DNA from: Chloroflexia bacterium
Lineage (GTDB): Bacteria; Chloroflexota; Chloroflexia; QHBQ01; JADMIH01
Assembly: GCA_035274425.1 (NCBI GenBank)
Contig: DATEOC010000017.1
Location: forward strand, 5,456 to 69,455
DNA length: 64,000 nucleotides
Direction: 5' to 3'
This document shows positions 10,509 through 21,716 of this stretch, one piece after another. The notes below the pieces were generated by a model. The model saw only the letters and a list, made by a program, of their open reading frames with translations, was not told the DNA's origin and ran no database searches. Every line of letters begins with the position of its first letter. Within the stretch, counting starts at the first letter, position 1. The translations under genes and the position numbers were made by a program.

Positions 10509-10799
10509 GACGACGGACGACGGACGACGGACGATAGATGATGGGTTGGAAAATAGTCAATTCCGGTGTAGAAATGTACTCTCAGAACCTAACCTGACAT
10601 AGAGATTCGTTAACATGTCAGGTTAGGTTTGGGCCACCTGATCGCCATCCAGTAAGCCTATTGCCGCTTAGAAGCAAAAAAGCGTACCGCTCATCTTAAG
10701 AAGGTCTATGTACGCTTCGCTTTTGGAGCGCTTGGTAATCACCCTCTATCGTCTATCATCTATCATTTATCGTCCGTCGTCCGTCGTCCGTCGTCCGTC
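10509..10799. repeat. MITE-like intergenic structure: GACGACG/GATAGAT heptamer array (10509-10544) and its reverse complement (10746-10799) flanking a perfect 15-bp stem hairpin (aacctaacctgacat...atgtcaggttaggtt, ~10596-10640)
   Basis: Direct reading: gacgacggacgacggacgacggacgatagatgat vs ...atcatctatcatttatcgtccgtcgtccgtcgtccgtcgtccgtc. Confidence 0.75.
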
Positions 10800-10982
10800 A
10801 GTAGGGATTGACACTGCCATCCAAATACAGTATCATAGCGTGTGCGTGCTTATCTAGCGTGCCGTGCTATTGTCTCTGGGCGCACCAGGGCAAACGGCGT
10901 CGGGGTAAACCCGAACCAACCTGCCAACATGCCATCCTTCGAGCCAGAGGTGGCTCGTCCTGGGCGAAGAAAGGGGTTTTGA

Positions 10983-13517
10983 ATGCCGCGACGTCACATG
11001 CTCAAGCCGAACTTACAGACAGTTCTTTTGGGGATCACGCTATTGCTGGTCTCAGGTAGTCTTGCGTCTCTACAGACCGCACAGGCCGGTCCTAATAATG
11101 CGCTTCCTCCCGCGGCCTTCAGCCCTAATGGCCTGGTCATAAACGAGATATATGATAGCACTACGGGCACCAACGAGTACTTCGAGCTTTTCAACAACAG
11201 CTCGGTTGCTATCGACCTCTCTACTTATCGTATTTATAACCGCGACGACTCCATACCGTTGTCAAATCTTGCCAATCCCACAATCACCGCCGGGCAGTAT
11301 CGCGCAATAGGCTCCGCACAGCTTGGTGACTGGTTCACCGGCTCGACGGGTCTGGACCGCAATGGAGACTTCCTGGGGCTGGTAAACACCAATCCAACCG
11401 ATACCATCATAGATGTAGTCAACTTCGGCAGCTCTCCCAATCCCAACTGGCCCAATTATGAGCGGTTCCAGGACCACTTTTTTACTTCCAACATACCTCA
11501 GCTTCCGCCCTTTGACGGCACACGCGCACTCCAACGATGGCCTGACGGTCAGGACAGTGATCAGGGGAGCGATTTCGATTCCATACCTAGTTCGCCAAGT
11601 TCAGCCTCGTGCGGTGACCCATATGAGGACGATAACGCACCAACGTCGACTACAACGCATCCAATCGGAACCACCAGGTTGCACCGCTTGTGTCCCGCAG
11701 GTGATCAGGACTGGATCCCCCTCCAGCTGAACAGTTCCAGCACCTATACCCTGCGCGCTACTGCCCAGGGGTCGACCGTCGATACTGTGATGAGGCTGTA
11801 TGAGTCCACTAATCTTATTGTAGAGGATAACAACCCTAACACGCGCGACAGTGTAATCAACTTCAGGCCAACGACCAGCGGCCTCTTCCGTGTTCAGATA
11901 ACGGACGCGAACGGCCAGGGTGGATCGGGACCAAACTTCCTCTACAATTTCCGAGCCGATTCTACTCTGGTCCCTACGTCTACACCCACGGTATTCGCCA
12001 GCGCGACTGCTGTCACGGTCACACCTACGCCCATTCCGTGTGCGGACGCTTACGAGCCTGATGACAGCCGCGACAATCCCAGGGACATCGCGCTCTTCGC
12101 CCCTCAGCGCCATTCACTCTGCCCGGCAGGTGATCAGGACTGGGTGCAATTCCAGGCAGGTGGTGATAAGGTCTATTCACTCTTTACCTCCGCCCTGACC
12201 GGGCCTGTGGATACGGTCATTACTCTGTATGACTCGGGAGGCCGGTTCCTCGCTGAAAACGACGATGCTCAGCCCGGACAGGGTCTCGCATCTCGTCTAG
12301 ATTACACATTCTATGGTAGCGGCAACGCTCTCTATTTTCTACGCGTGCGGGAAAGGACCGGCAGCGGCGGCGTTGGCTATGAATACACTCTCAACTTCCA
12401 GTCGCAGGGTGGCCTCCCACCGACCTCTACCACAACCCCTACACCCACTTTCAACCCCAATAGCCCCACGCCGACATCAGGGCCGTGCGGTGACTCTTAT
12501 GAGACCGATGGCCTGCCATCCGAGGCGAAAGATATACTTATCGGCACCACACAGCGCCATAGCATCTGCCCGGCGTCTGACGCCGACTGGGTGAAGTTCT
12601 ATGCGCGCTCCGGTAAGGTGTATACCATTCGCACCGCCAACCTGGGACCGGGCCTCGATACCTATATGTACCTCTTCGACACCAATGGCACCACCGTACT
12701 CGCCCAGAACGACGATGGAGGTGACGGGATCGCATCGCGCCTGGACTTCTACCCGCTACGTGACGACTTCTATTACGTACAGGTGAAGAACGCAGGCGAT
12801 ATAGGCGGCTCGCTGCAAACTTACGACCTGGTACTGGCAGTAGCGCCTGGTGTTCCGCAGCCGCCTGGCACGGCCACCGCAGGACCTCCGCCTCCATCTG
12901 GTAACACGCCAACCACGGTGGTGCAACCGACCCGCCCGCCTGCACCTTCGCCCACAGCCGGGAGCATACCGCCGACGCCACCTGCACAGCAGACGGTAGC
13001 CGTGCCTCCGCAGCCCGTTTCCACTTCCCAGCCGGGTGGTGGAGGGTTACCGCCGCCCCAGCCAACAGGGCAGCTCCCGCCTGCGCCGACGCTACCTGTT
13101 CCGTCTGAGCCGGAGTCGACGATGATTCCCAACATACCTCGCACGGGCCACCCGGCCGAGGTACCTGCTAAGCCTATAATTGTTCTGCCTGAGAAACCTG
13201 CCCTTCCGGGGAGCAGCGTCGATTACCTGCCCGTATCGTTCAGGCTCTTTTATGATCGCAATCACAATAACCTGTTCAATGCAGGGGAGGGCATCAGGGG
13301 TGTAAGTGTCTACTTCATGCAGGGGAAGGGTAACAGCACTGCGATGGGGAGCCTGACCACCTCTCACGAGGGATTTGGCGTCTCCCGACTGCTCAAGGAT
13401 AATTACAGAGTTGTCATCCCCTACTTTGGATTGGATATGCCGCTCAAGGACTTCCCTGGGCGCGATATGCACAGTATATGGCTGCCATCCTTGACCTTAC
13501 CGGACCGCGTGCCCTAA
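10983..13517 (+). CDS. Secreted protein with N-terminal signal peptide, one lamin-tail domain, three pre-peptidase C-terminal (PPC) domains, and a long Pro-rich region
   Basis: The signal peptide MLKPNLQTVLLGITLLLVSGSLASLQTAQA suggests an alternative start at 10998. LTD signature: LVINEIYDSTTGTNEYFELFNNSSVAIDLSTYRIY. Three repeats each contain C.D.YE.D......I.....H..CPAGDQDW..F.......Y.......DTV..LY.S.......NDD......S.L, matching the PPC (PF04151) pattern. A Pro/Thr-rich tract follows at nt ~12840-13200. Confidence 0.65.
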   Translation: MPRRHMLKPNLQTVLLGITLLLVSGSLASLQTAQAGPNNALPPAAFSPNGLVINEIYDSTTGTNEYFELFNNSSVAIDLSTYRIYNRDDSIPLSNLANPTITAGQYRAIGSAQLGDWFTGSTGLDRNGDFLGLVNTNPTDTIIDVVNFGSSPNPNWPNYERFQDHFFTSNIPQLPPFDGTRALQRWPDGQDSDQGSDFDSIPSSPSSASCGDPYEDDNAPTSTTTHPIGTTRLHRLCPAGDQDWIPLQLNSSSTYTLRATAQGSTVDTVMRLYESTNLIVEDNNPNTRDSVINFRPTTSGLFRVQITDANGQGGSGPNFLYNFRADSTLVPTSTPTVFASATAVTVTPTPIPCADAYEPDDSRDNPRDIALFAPQRHSLCPAGDQDWVQFQAGGDKVYSLFTSALTGPVDTVITLYDSGGRFLAENDDAQPGQGLASRLDYTFYGSGNALYFLRVRERTGSGGVGYEYTLNFQSQGGLPPTSTTTPTPTFNPNSPTPTSGPCGDSYETDGLPSEAKDILIGTTQRHSICPASDADWVKFYARSGKVYTIRTANLGPGLDTYMYLFDTNGTTVLAQNDDGGDGIASRLDFYPLRDDFYYVQVKNAGDIGGSLQTYDLVLAVAPGVPQPPGTATAGPPPPSGNTPTTVVQPTRPPAPSPTAGSIPPTPPAQQTVAVPPQPVSTSQPGGGGLPPPQPTGQLPPAPTLPVPSEPESTMIPNIPRTGHPAEVPAKPIIVLPEKPALPGSSVDYLPVSFRLFYDRNHNNLFNAGEGIRGVSVYFMQGKGNSTAMGSLTTSHEGFGVSRLLKDNYRVVIPYFGLDMPLKDFPGRDMHSIWLPSLTLPDRVP

Positions 13518-13602
13518 GATAGAGGAGTGGGCGGTCTAGCGGGACCGCCCAACCGCCGGACAGGGGCGCAAAGCCTGATTCACATAGCTGAGGCAAGACC
13601 GA

Positions 13603-14619
13603 ATGACAGACGATCACACTCGCGGCGATTCTCCTCAAGAGGGACCCGCTGACCGGGGCGCAGCCGGTGACGTATCAACTACCGGGCACTCCGGGCGCGA
13701 GACCGGCGGCTTCTCGACCGAAACCTCGAAGGCAGGTCCAACTACGGGACACGCCGCGCACGTGCCTGATCCTCACCAGCACGGCGCACATGATGACCTA
13801 GAAGGCGACCACGACGACCACGGCCACAGTGGTGGGGGGCATGGGGGACATGATGACGATGCTGCTGATGTTCCCACCATCGTCCCTACAACCTGGCGAC
13901 AGCTCATATTTCCCGCGTTGATACTGCTCCTGGTCGCGATACTGGTCGCTGGGCCAATTACGAATGCCTTCCAGTCCCGGCCAGCACCCGCAACTATAGA
14001 GCACAACGGCACTGAGCCGGGCACGGGGCCAACGAGCGAGCCGCAGGCAACCCCTGAGAGTCACGGTTCCCTGCAAACTCCGGCTGTAGCCTCTACACCT
14101 TCCGATTTGTCGCCTGTAGCGGTCGCCCCTACTGCGCCGCCGACGCCCTCGTACGACGCCGCAGCCACCAAGACGGCTGTCGCCTTGGCCGCCACGCAGG
14201 GTACGGTAGCAAGAGCGCCCGTGCAGTTGCAGTTTGGGGGCACCAGCTTCGTCGTCAAGGCTGGGGACACGCTCCTCCCAGATTGGAGACCGCCCCAGGA
14301 CCAGGGCATCGCTACGTGGCTCCAGGGGAGCGTCGCCAACCATATCATGTATCTCCCTTACTCCCCCGAGAACGCCGCCCTCTTCCAGGAAGGCAGGAAG
14401 GGCGACAAGCTTACGCTGCTGATGAACACAGGCCAGCTCTTCGAGTTTGAGATTACGCGTTCCGAGCGTGCGTTCAATGGACCGACTACCGAGCAGGGAC
14501 AGTTCACCGTGACCACCGCGATGGCACAGGACCATGCGGGCGTTACTCTCTTCCTCATAGGTGAATCTACCAAAGACCGCGCCGTAGTGCAGGCCGATTT
14601 TACGGGCAACATCCAGTGA
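13603..14619 (+). CDS. Hypothetical single-pass membrane protein with a His/Asp-rich N-terminal (possibly metal-binding) region
   Basis: N-terminal tract HVPDPHQHGAHDDLEGDHDDHGHSGGGHGGHDDD. One TM helix (LIFPALILLLVAILVAG). Pro/Ala-rich extracytoplasmic region. Confidence 0.5.
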   Translation: MTDDHTRGDSPQEGPADRGAAGDVSTTGHSGRETGGFSTETSKAGPTTGHAAHVPDPHQHGAHDDLEGDHDDHGHSGGGHGGHDDDAADVPTIVPTTWRQLIFPALILLLVAILVAGPITNAFQSRPAPATIEHNGTEPGTGPTSEPQATPESHGSLQTPAVASTPSDLSPVAVAPTAPPTPSYDAAATKTAVALAATQGTVARAPVQLQFGGTSFVVKAGDTLLPDWRPPQDQGIATWLQGSVANHIMYLPYSPENAALFQEGRKGDKLTLLMNTGQLFEFEITRSERAFNGPTTEQGQFTVTTAMAQDHAGVTLFLIGESTKDRAVVQADFTGNIQ

Positions 14620-14668
14620 CGCAATCTGGGATTTTTACTCTCAGAGTTCGGATATAGCCGCCAATCCT

Positions 14669-15451
14669 GTGCCAGAAGCTTCCGGCCCGCGCCTCTCACC
14701 CGGAGAGGCGGTCATGTTTTTGGGCGACCAAACCTCCCCTGATGATCCCGGATTCGTTCGCGTCATCTCCGATGTGCTGAGTCGCTTTCACCCACAGTTG
14801 CGACTAAACCTTATCAGCGCGGGCGCGCCTGGGCAGACTGCCGGGGGGTTGAAGTCCCGCACTTTGCTGGACCTGCTCTCCTCGTCGCGCCCTGATTGGC
14901 TGGTCATCAACCTGGCGCTGGCTGACGCGACCCGCGAGCCTCCCCTGGTGGGTTTGCTCCACCAGTACAGGGCGCGCATGGCTACGCTGGAGAGTGACTT
15001 CGATGAGACCCTGGGGCCGTTACACAGGATAGGCGAAGACGCCTTCGGTACTCGCGCAGACAGTGGCAAGCTGCCGGAGATTGAGTGGCATCGCTTGCCC
15101 GTATTTCGATCCGCCCTGGGAGAGGCCATTGGGGAGCTTAGAAGCGCCGGTGTGCGGTCTGTTTTGATGACACCTGTGGCGGTAAGCCACGACCTGAACC
15201 ACCCGCTCAATCTTGCGCTACGCGCTTACAGCCGCGCAATACGTGAGGTTGCCGGTGTTGAGGCTGCGCCCCTGGTCGACGTGGACCGTGCCTTCCGTGC
15301 CGTGCTGGAGCGCGCCACCAACTATAAGCAGAAGGTGTCACTTGCGGACGAATCAGGAGTGGCAAACCCACAAGGAGTTGCGCTCATCGCCCGCACCTTC
15401 CTAAATGCCTTTGGCCTCTTGCCTCAGCCAGGCTTCAGGCCGCTACGCTAA
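14669..15451 (+). CDS. Putative SGNH/GDSL-family hydrolase
   Basis: A GDS-like block VMFLGDQTS lies near the N-terminus, with a DxxH-like SHDLNHP near the C-terminus. Weak, motif-level evidence only. Confidence 0.4.
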   Translation: MPEASGPRLSPGEAVMFLGDQTSPDDPGFVRVISDVLSRFHPQLRLNLISAGAPGQTAGGLKSRTLLDLLSSSRPDWLVINLALADATREPPLVGLLHQYRARMATLESDFDETLGPLHRIGEDAFGTRADSGKLPEIEWHRLPVFRSALGEAIGELRSAGVRSVLMTPVAVSHDLNHPLNLALRAYSRAIREVAGVEAAPLVDVDRAFRAVLERATNYKQKVSLADESGVANPQGVALIARTFLNAFGLLPQPGFRPLR

Positions 15452-15476
15452 AGTATGCGAAGTGGTCAGACAATAT

Positions 15477-15530
15477 ATTCTTCATACATGAAAATGTGCG
15501 CCGCGGCGCACATTTTCATGTATGAAGAAT
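15477..15530. terminator. Perfect 54-bp palindrome (27-bp arms, no loop) between convergent genes; candidate bidirectional intrinsic terminator
   Basis: Direct reading: attcttcatacatgaaaatgtgcgccgc|ggcgcacattttcatgtatgaagaat. It is flanked by T-rich sequence on both sides, between the stop codons of 14669..15451 (+) and 15556..17916 (-). Confidence 0.6.
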
Positions 15531-15555
15531 TATTCAATGCTCCTGGCTGCCAGGC

Positions 15556-17916
15556 TCACGTCCTGAAGAAGATGATGTAGATCAGGAAGGCTATCACCAT
15601 GAGGGTGATGACCCCGAACCAGGGGAAGGTCACAGGTCCGGTGGTGCCCAGTCCTTTGCCGAGCAGGTGGGGGATGTCGGCGACGACGGTGTTGGGGCGG
15701 AAGAGGAGCCTCGCTTTCAATCTAAAGGCACTCTGATTGTGAAGGAGGTACTCCCACGGTTTGGCGGGTATAACTTCGGGGAGTATGACCGTGATTGTAT
15801 CGTCAGGGTGTTGCTGGTCCAGCGCATCTATGTATGCCAGTAGAGGGCCTATCAGGGAGCGATATGGAGACTCGATTATCACGAGCTGGATATCTGTATC
15901 AGGGAGCCGCTCACGCCATTGCCTGTTGAATTCCTCCGCTTCTTCAGACTCTTCCCCTTCGACGATGTGTACTGCTGTGACGTTGGAAGAGAGTGACCGA
16001 GCGTAAGAGAGTGCCCGTAACGCCACCGAGTTTAGACCCGCCACAGGCACGATGAAAGTATGCTTGAACGTTTCTACCATGCCAGTGTCGGCCGCTGCCA
16101 TCTCGCGTTTGACCCGTTCGTAGTGACGGTTCACCGCGAGGAAGATTGCCATCATAATCGGAATCAGAATGATTACCAGCCAGGTACCCTCATCGAGCTT
16201 GGTCAACGTCGCTACCAGGAAGACCATCAGAGTCACGAGCGCGCCGACCCCGTTTAGTACGAGGCCCCCTCTCCAACCTTGTGGCCGCTTGCGCCACCAT
16301 CGCGCTACCATTCCCGCCTGCGAGAAGGTGAATGCTCCCATGACGCCGATAGCGTACAGTGGGATGAGCGCCGACGTATCGCCATTGTAGACCACGACCA
16401 GCACGCATGCCAGCACGGCCAACGTTACGATACCCCACGAGAAAGCCAGTTTGTCGCCCCGGAAGGCATACTGGTGTGGCATGAAGCGGTCGCGCGCAAG
16501 AAAATAGCCAAGCCTCGGGAAGTCGGAGAAGGCTGTGTTTGCTGCCAGCACGAGGATGAGCGCTGTCACTATCTGGATGAAGAACCAGAGGGGATGGGCT
16601 CCAAATACGCTGGGCAAGATGTTTCGGGCGATCTGCGAAACTACAGTCTCCTGCTCGCTGGGGTGCACGCCCAGGGACGTAGCCAGATAGGTGATGCCGC
16701 CAAACATGGCGATAGAAATAACACCCATCCAAAGGAGCGTCTTACGCGCATTGTCGGCCTCAGGCGGCTTGAATGCAGGCACACCATCCGCTATTGCCTC
16801 AACACCGGTGAGGGCCGCTGAGCCTTGTGTGAACGCCCTGAGCAAGACAAGTATCAGCGCCAGGCCCACAGGCTCCACACCTGGTGGCACAATCTCGCCT
16901 GGCGCGCCTACGAACCTGGCCGGCAGGTCCGGCTCAGTTAATAGTCTGAAGATACCCAAGAATATCATGCCCAGAATTCCCAGGATGAAGAGGTAGGTAG
17001 GGACGGCGAAGATGTTGCCCGCTTCGCGCAGACCCCTGAGATTGGCTATCGTTATGAAGACGATTAGTCCTATGGCGATCTCGACCCGACGGTCCTGCAA
17101 CGCTGGGAAGATCGAGTACAGCGCCGCTACCCCAGCCGCTACGCTCACAGCAACCGTGAGGATGTAACCTATCAATATGGAGGATGCGGCGGCCAGTCCG
17201 GGGAGCGTGCCCAGGTTGTCCTTGGCGACTATGTAGGTGCCGCCACCTCGTGGATACGCTGCTATCGTCTGGCGGTATGATGTTACCACTATCGCCATGA
17301 GGACGATTACCGCCAATGCAATGGGCATCCCCGTCCAGAGAGCTACACCGCCGAGCACCAGGACGTGCAATATTTCCTCTGTGGCGTAAGCCACGGACGA
17401 GAGGGCGTCGGAAGAGAGCACTGCGAGCGCCTTGACGTTGGTGAGGCGTTCGTGCATCGATTGCTCTGTGCTGAGGGGCTTGCCGATGAGCACTCGCTTG
17501 ATGTTGCCGAAGAGGCGGCCCCAGGGAGTGCGAGGTACTTCCGCTTCCAGTGAGGCCGACAGCACGTTTCGCCCCATGCGCTTGAATGGCCCTGATCTGC
17601 GGCTGTAGCGGATGAAGGTGTCTCCAGGGTGGCTGCCCTTGTGCACCTCTTCACTTCGGAGGTCCGATTTGACTTTGTGGTCTTCCGAACGCGGTGCCTT
17701 GGCTGCGGCGGGAGGTGTGCTCTCTGGTTGGGCAGCAGGAGCAGGTGTCGCGTTCTGCCCCATGACGCGTACCTGCCTGGGTGAGCGCTCTGTATCGCCC
17801 GGACGCGCGTCAGTGGGGGCAGCAGGGGGTTGGCCGTCTAGTGGGCGCGCGCTATCGGCGTTCACCGGGGAGTTTTGAGCTTCCGAGGGGCTTGAAGCCT
17901 CTTGTGGTTTATCCAT
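15556..17916 (-). CDS. APC-superfamily permease with a disordered N-terminus and a C-terminal cytoplasmic domain
   Basis: KRVLIGKPLSTEQSMHERLTNVKALAVLSSDALSSVAYATEEIL is the conserved N-terminal block of this APC subfamily. About 12 TM helices follow, then a ~200-aa soluble C-terminal domain. Start set at MDKPQE (17916) because the longer ORF (to 18018) overlaps the upstream proline dehydrogenase gene. Confidence 0.65.
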   Translation of the reverse strand: MDKPQEASSPSEAQNSPVNADSARPLDGQPPAAPTDARPGDTERSPRQVRVMGQNATPAPAAQPESTPPAAAKAPRSEDHKVKSDLRSEEVHKGSHPGDTFIRYSRRSGPFKRMGRNVLSASLEAEVPRTPWGRLFGNIKRVLIGKPLSTEQSMHERLTNVKALAVLSSDALSSVAYATEEILHVLVLGGVALWTGMPIALAVIVLMAIVVTSYRQTIAAYPRGGGTYIVAKDNLGTLPGLAAASSILIGYILTVAVSVAAGVAALYSIFPALQDRRVEIAIGLIVFITIANLRGLREAGNIFAVPTYLFILGILGMIFLGIFRLLTEPDLPARFVGAPGEIVPPGVEPVGLALILVLLRAFTQGSAALTGVEAIADGVPAFKPPEADNARKTLLWMGVISIAMFGGITYLATSLGVHPSEQETVVSQIARNILPSVFGAHPLWFFIQIVTALILVLAANTAFSDFPRLGYFLARDRFMPHQYAFRGDKLAFSWGIVTLAVLACVLVVVYNGDTSALIPLYAIGVMGAFTFSQAGMVARWWRKRPQGWRGGLVLNGVGALVTLMVFLVATLTKLDEGTWLVIILIPIMMAIFLAVNRHYERVKREMAAADTGMVETFKHTFIVPVAGLNSVALRALSYARSLSSNVTAVHIVEGEESEEAEEFNRQWRERLPDTDIQLVIIESPYRSLIGPLLAYIDALDQQHPDDTITVILPEVIPAKPWEYLLHNQSAFRLKARLLFRPNTVVADIPHLLGKGLGTTGPVTFPWFGVITLMVIAFLIYIIFFRT

Positions 17917-17936
17917 ACTGGACTTGCCTTGACCCC

Positions 17937-18854
17937 CTAGCCCTTGAAGAGATTGCTGACTACAAAGACCACATTCGCCGGGCGCTCCGCCAGCCTTCGC
18001 ATGAAGTACGGGTACCATTCATGGCCGTAAGGCACATACACTCGCATATTGTAGCCCTGACTCGCCAGCTCGATTTGCTCTTTGCGGCGCACGCCATATA
18101 GCATCTGGAACTCGAACCTGGCTCGCTCTATGCCGCGCTTTTCGGCAAACCGCTTCGTATATTCGATCAGGCGACTGTCGTGTGTGGCGATGCCCGGGTA
18201 ATTGCCCTCAGTGAGGAGCAGCTTTGTCAGCTTCGCATAGTTGGCGTCCACGTCCGCCTTCTTGGGGAAGGCTACCGACTCCGGCTCGTTGTACGCACCC
18301 TTGCACAAGCGCACCCTCGCGCCGAGTGAGTTCATCTCCTTGACATCGTTCACGGTGCGATAGAGATATGCTTGAAGAACGACACCTACATTTCTATAGC
18401 CCGATTCGTGCCACAGTTTTCGGAAGATGCCCAGCGTGCGGTCCGTATAGGCTGAGCTTTCCATATCGATGCGAACGAAGTTGTTCAAATCGCGGGCGCG
18501 CTCGCAAATCCGCGCCACGTTCTGGAAGCAAAGCTCTTCATCAATGTCGAGGCCCATCTGCGTCAGCTTGAGCGATACGTTGGAATTTATACGACTGGAA
18601 ACTATGCGCTTCAACACCTCTATATACGAATCGGCAGCGGCCCTCGCTTCAGCTTCGGTATTGATGTTCTCTCCCAGGTGGTCGAAGGTAGCGGTGATAC
18701 CCTTCTGATTAAGGGCTGCTATGGCTTCGACAGCCTGGTCGAGGGTCTCCCCCGCGACGAAGCGCAGGGCGAATTTGCGCGCCGCGCCGTTGTGGAGCGC
18801 GATGTTCTGAAGCTCCCGGCTGTTCGACATACTGAGGAATGCTTGTCTGAGCAC
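17937..18854 (-). CDS. Proline dehydrogenase (monofunctional PRODH family)
   Basis: 305 aa. The N-terminal LRFVAGETLDQAVEAIAALNQKGITATFDHLGENI is typical of bacterial proline dehydrogenase family proteins, and size and TIM-barrel pattern are consistent. Confidence 0.7.
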   Translation of the reverse strand: MLRQAFLSMSNSRELQNIALHNGAARKFALRFVAGETLDQAVEAIAALNQKGITATFDHLGENINTEAEARAAADSYIEVLKRIVSSRINSNVSLKLTQMGLDIDEELCFQNVARICERARDLNNFVRIDMESSAYTDRTLGIFRKLWHESGYRNVGVVLQAYLYRTVNDVKEMNSLGARVRLCKGAYNEPESVAFPKKADVDANYAKLTKLLLTEGNYPGIATHDSRLIEYTKRFAEKRGIERARFEFQMLYGVRRKEQIELASQGYNMRVYVPYGHEWYPYFMRRLAERPANVVFVVSNLFKG

Positions 18855-18973
18855 AGGGTTGTCTCCTTCTTGGTGGGAATATTGAAGTCCGAAGCGGCGT
18901 GATCTGGTCTGTAGCTGTTGAACTTAAACAAAAGAACGCCCGGACACATTAGTTGTGCCGGGCGCATGTCAGG

Positions 18974-19684
18974 TTAGGGTGTGCTAGGGCGTAGAGCTAT
19001 CTGCTCTATTCGTGCGGCTGGGGTCGGTTCCGGCTCCCTACAGTCGTTATCCGCCCAGAGATGGTCAGGTACTATCTCATATTTGTATTTGTTCTCATTA
19101 CCTGGCTGCCAATCGCCTATCTCTGCGGCGTAGATAGGATAGGGTGCGCTCTTTTGGCCGTATTCAACATTGGCAACGCTCCCGTAGCCCACCCCGGCTA
19201 ATTCCCGCTGCCCCTGTTCATTGATTTTATAATAGACAACCTTCAGGTCTACGCTACATAGCTTCACCGGCCCTGCGCTAGGTGGAGGCGCGCCCGGTAT
19301 TGGTATACCTTCGCGCGGTAGAGCTATATTCAGGTTGTTGCTTACCGTTACGGTCAGGATAAGCTGAGTATTGTCATTGGGGTCGCGCACCGGCTGTCCC
19401 ACAGCTTCGACTTTGAGGCCGGCAGCCAGGATTGCTTGCGGCGTAGGTCCTATGAAACTAGGCTCGCGCGGCGACTCCTTTGGAGGCCAGATGCCGAACA
19501 GCACGAGACCGAGTATACCAAGGGTCCCAGCAGTGATCAGCAACGCTAACACTATGGTTAGGCGAGATAGCTTTTTCTTGACTATCGGCTCTGCCTGGTC
19601 CGCCTTCTTGGCGGTGCCGGCACCTTTACTCTGGCCTGTTGCGCTCTGCAAGGCTATCCCCTCCTGGCGAGATTTGCGGGCCAC
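18974..19684 (-). CDS. Hypothetical membrane-anchored protein (N-terminal basic region + one TM helix)
   Basis: ORF with TM segment LTIVLALLITAGTLGILGLVLFGIW. No recognisable catalytic motif. Confidence 0.45.
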   Translation of the reverse strand: MARKSRQEGIALQSATGQSKGAGTAKKADQAEPIVKKKLSRLTIVLALLITAGTLGILGLVLFGIWPPKESPREPSFIGPTPQAILAAGLKVEAVGQPVRDPNDNTQLILTVTVSNNLNIALPREGIPIPGAPPPSAGPVKLCSVDLKVVYYKINEQGQRELAGVGYGSVANVEYGQKSAPYPIYAAEIGDWQPGNENKYKYEIVPDHLWADNDCREPEPTPAARIEQIALRPSTP

Positions 19685-19824
19685 TTTTGCTTCTATGCGC
19701 GCTGTGTGCTGCTCCGCATTCCGGCCCCATTATAGCACCGCGCGTGCGCGGGGGCAATAGTCCAAATGAATATACCGGTCTTGACCGCAAAATGTGACGC
19801 GCACCCTGATATTTTCAAGTATTT

Positions 19825-21540
<1,716 letters not shown>

Positions 21541-21559
21541 TCACGTTCCTTGTGCTTCA

Positions 21560-21648
21560 CCCTGTCATTCTGAGCGAAGCGAAGAATCTAAAGCTGCCTC
21601 CACACGTCCAAGCTCGGAGATTCCTCACTCCGTTCGGAATGACAGGGA
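21560..21648. repeat. Copy 1 of a repeated extragenic palindromic element (core CCTGTCATTCTGAGCGAAGCGAAGAATCTAAAG) in the folD-fhs intergenic spacer
   Basis: Left arm cctgtcattctgagcgaagcgaagaatctaaag; right arm ctcactccgttcggaatgacaggg (imperfect reverse complement). The same element recurs at 26996-27112. Confidence 0.7.
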
Positions 21649-21716
21649 AAAGGGTACTTCGTTATTCGAGGGTGTTAGTCATTAGTCCCCTTATGCCGTC
21701 GAATGAGGGCTTCAGT

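Noticed and set aside
17917-18018. Longer N-terminus of the APC permease (start at 18018)
   Set aside because: It would overlap the 3' end of the proline dehydrogenase gene by ~80 nt, and the internal MDKPQE start at 17916 removes the overlap. Either start remains possible.
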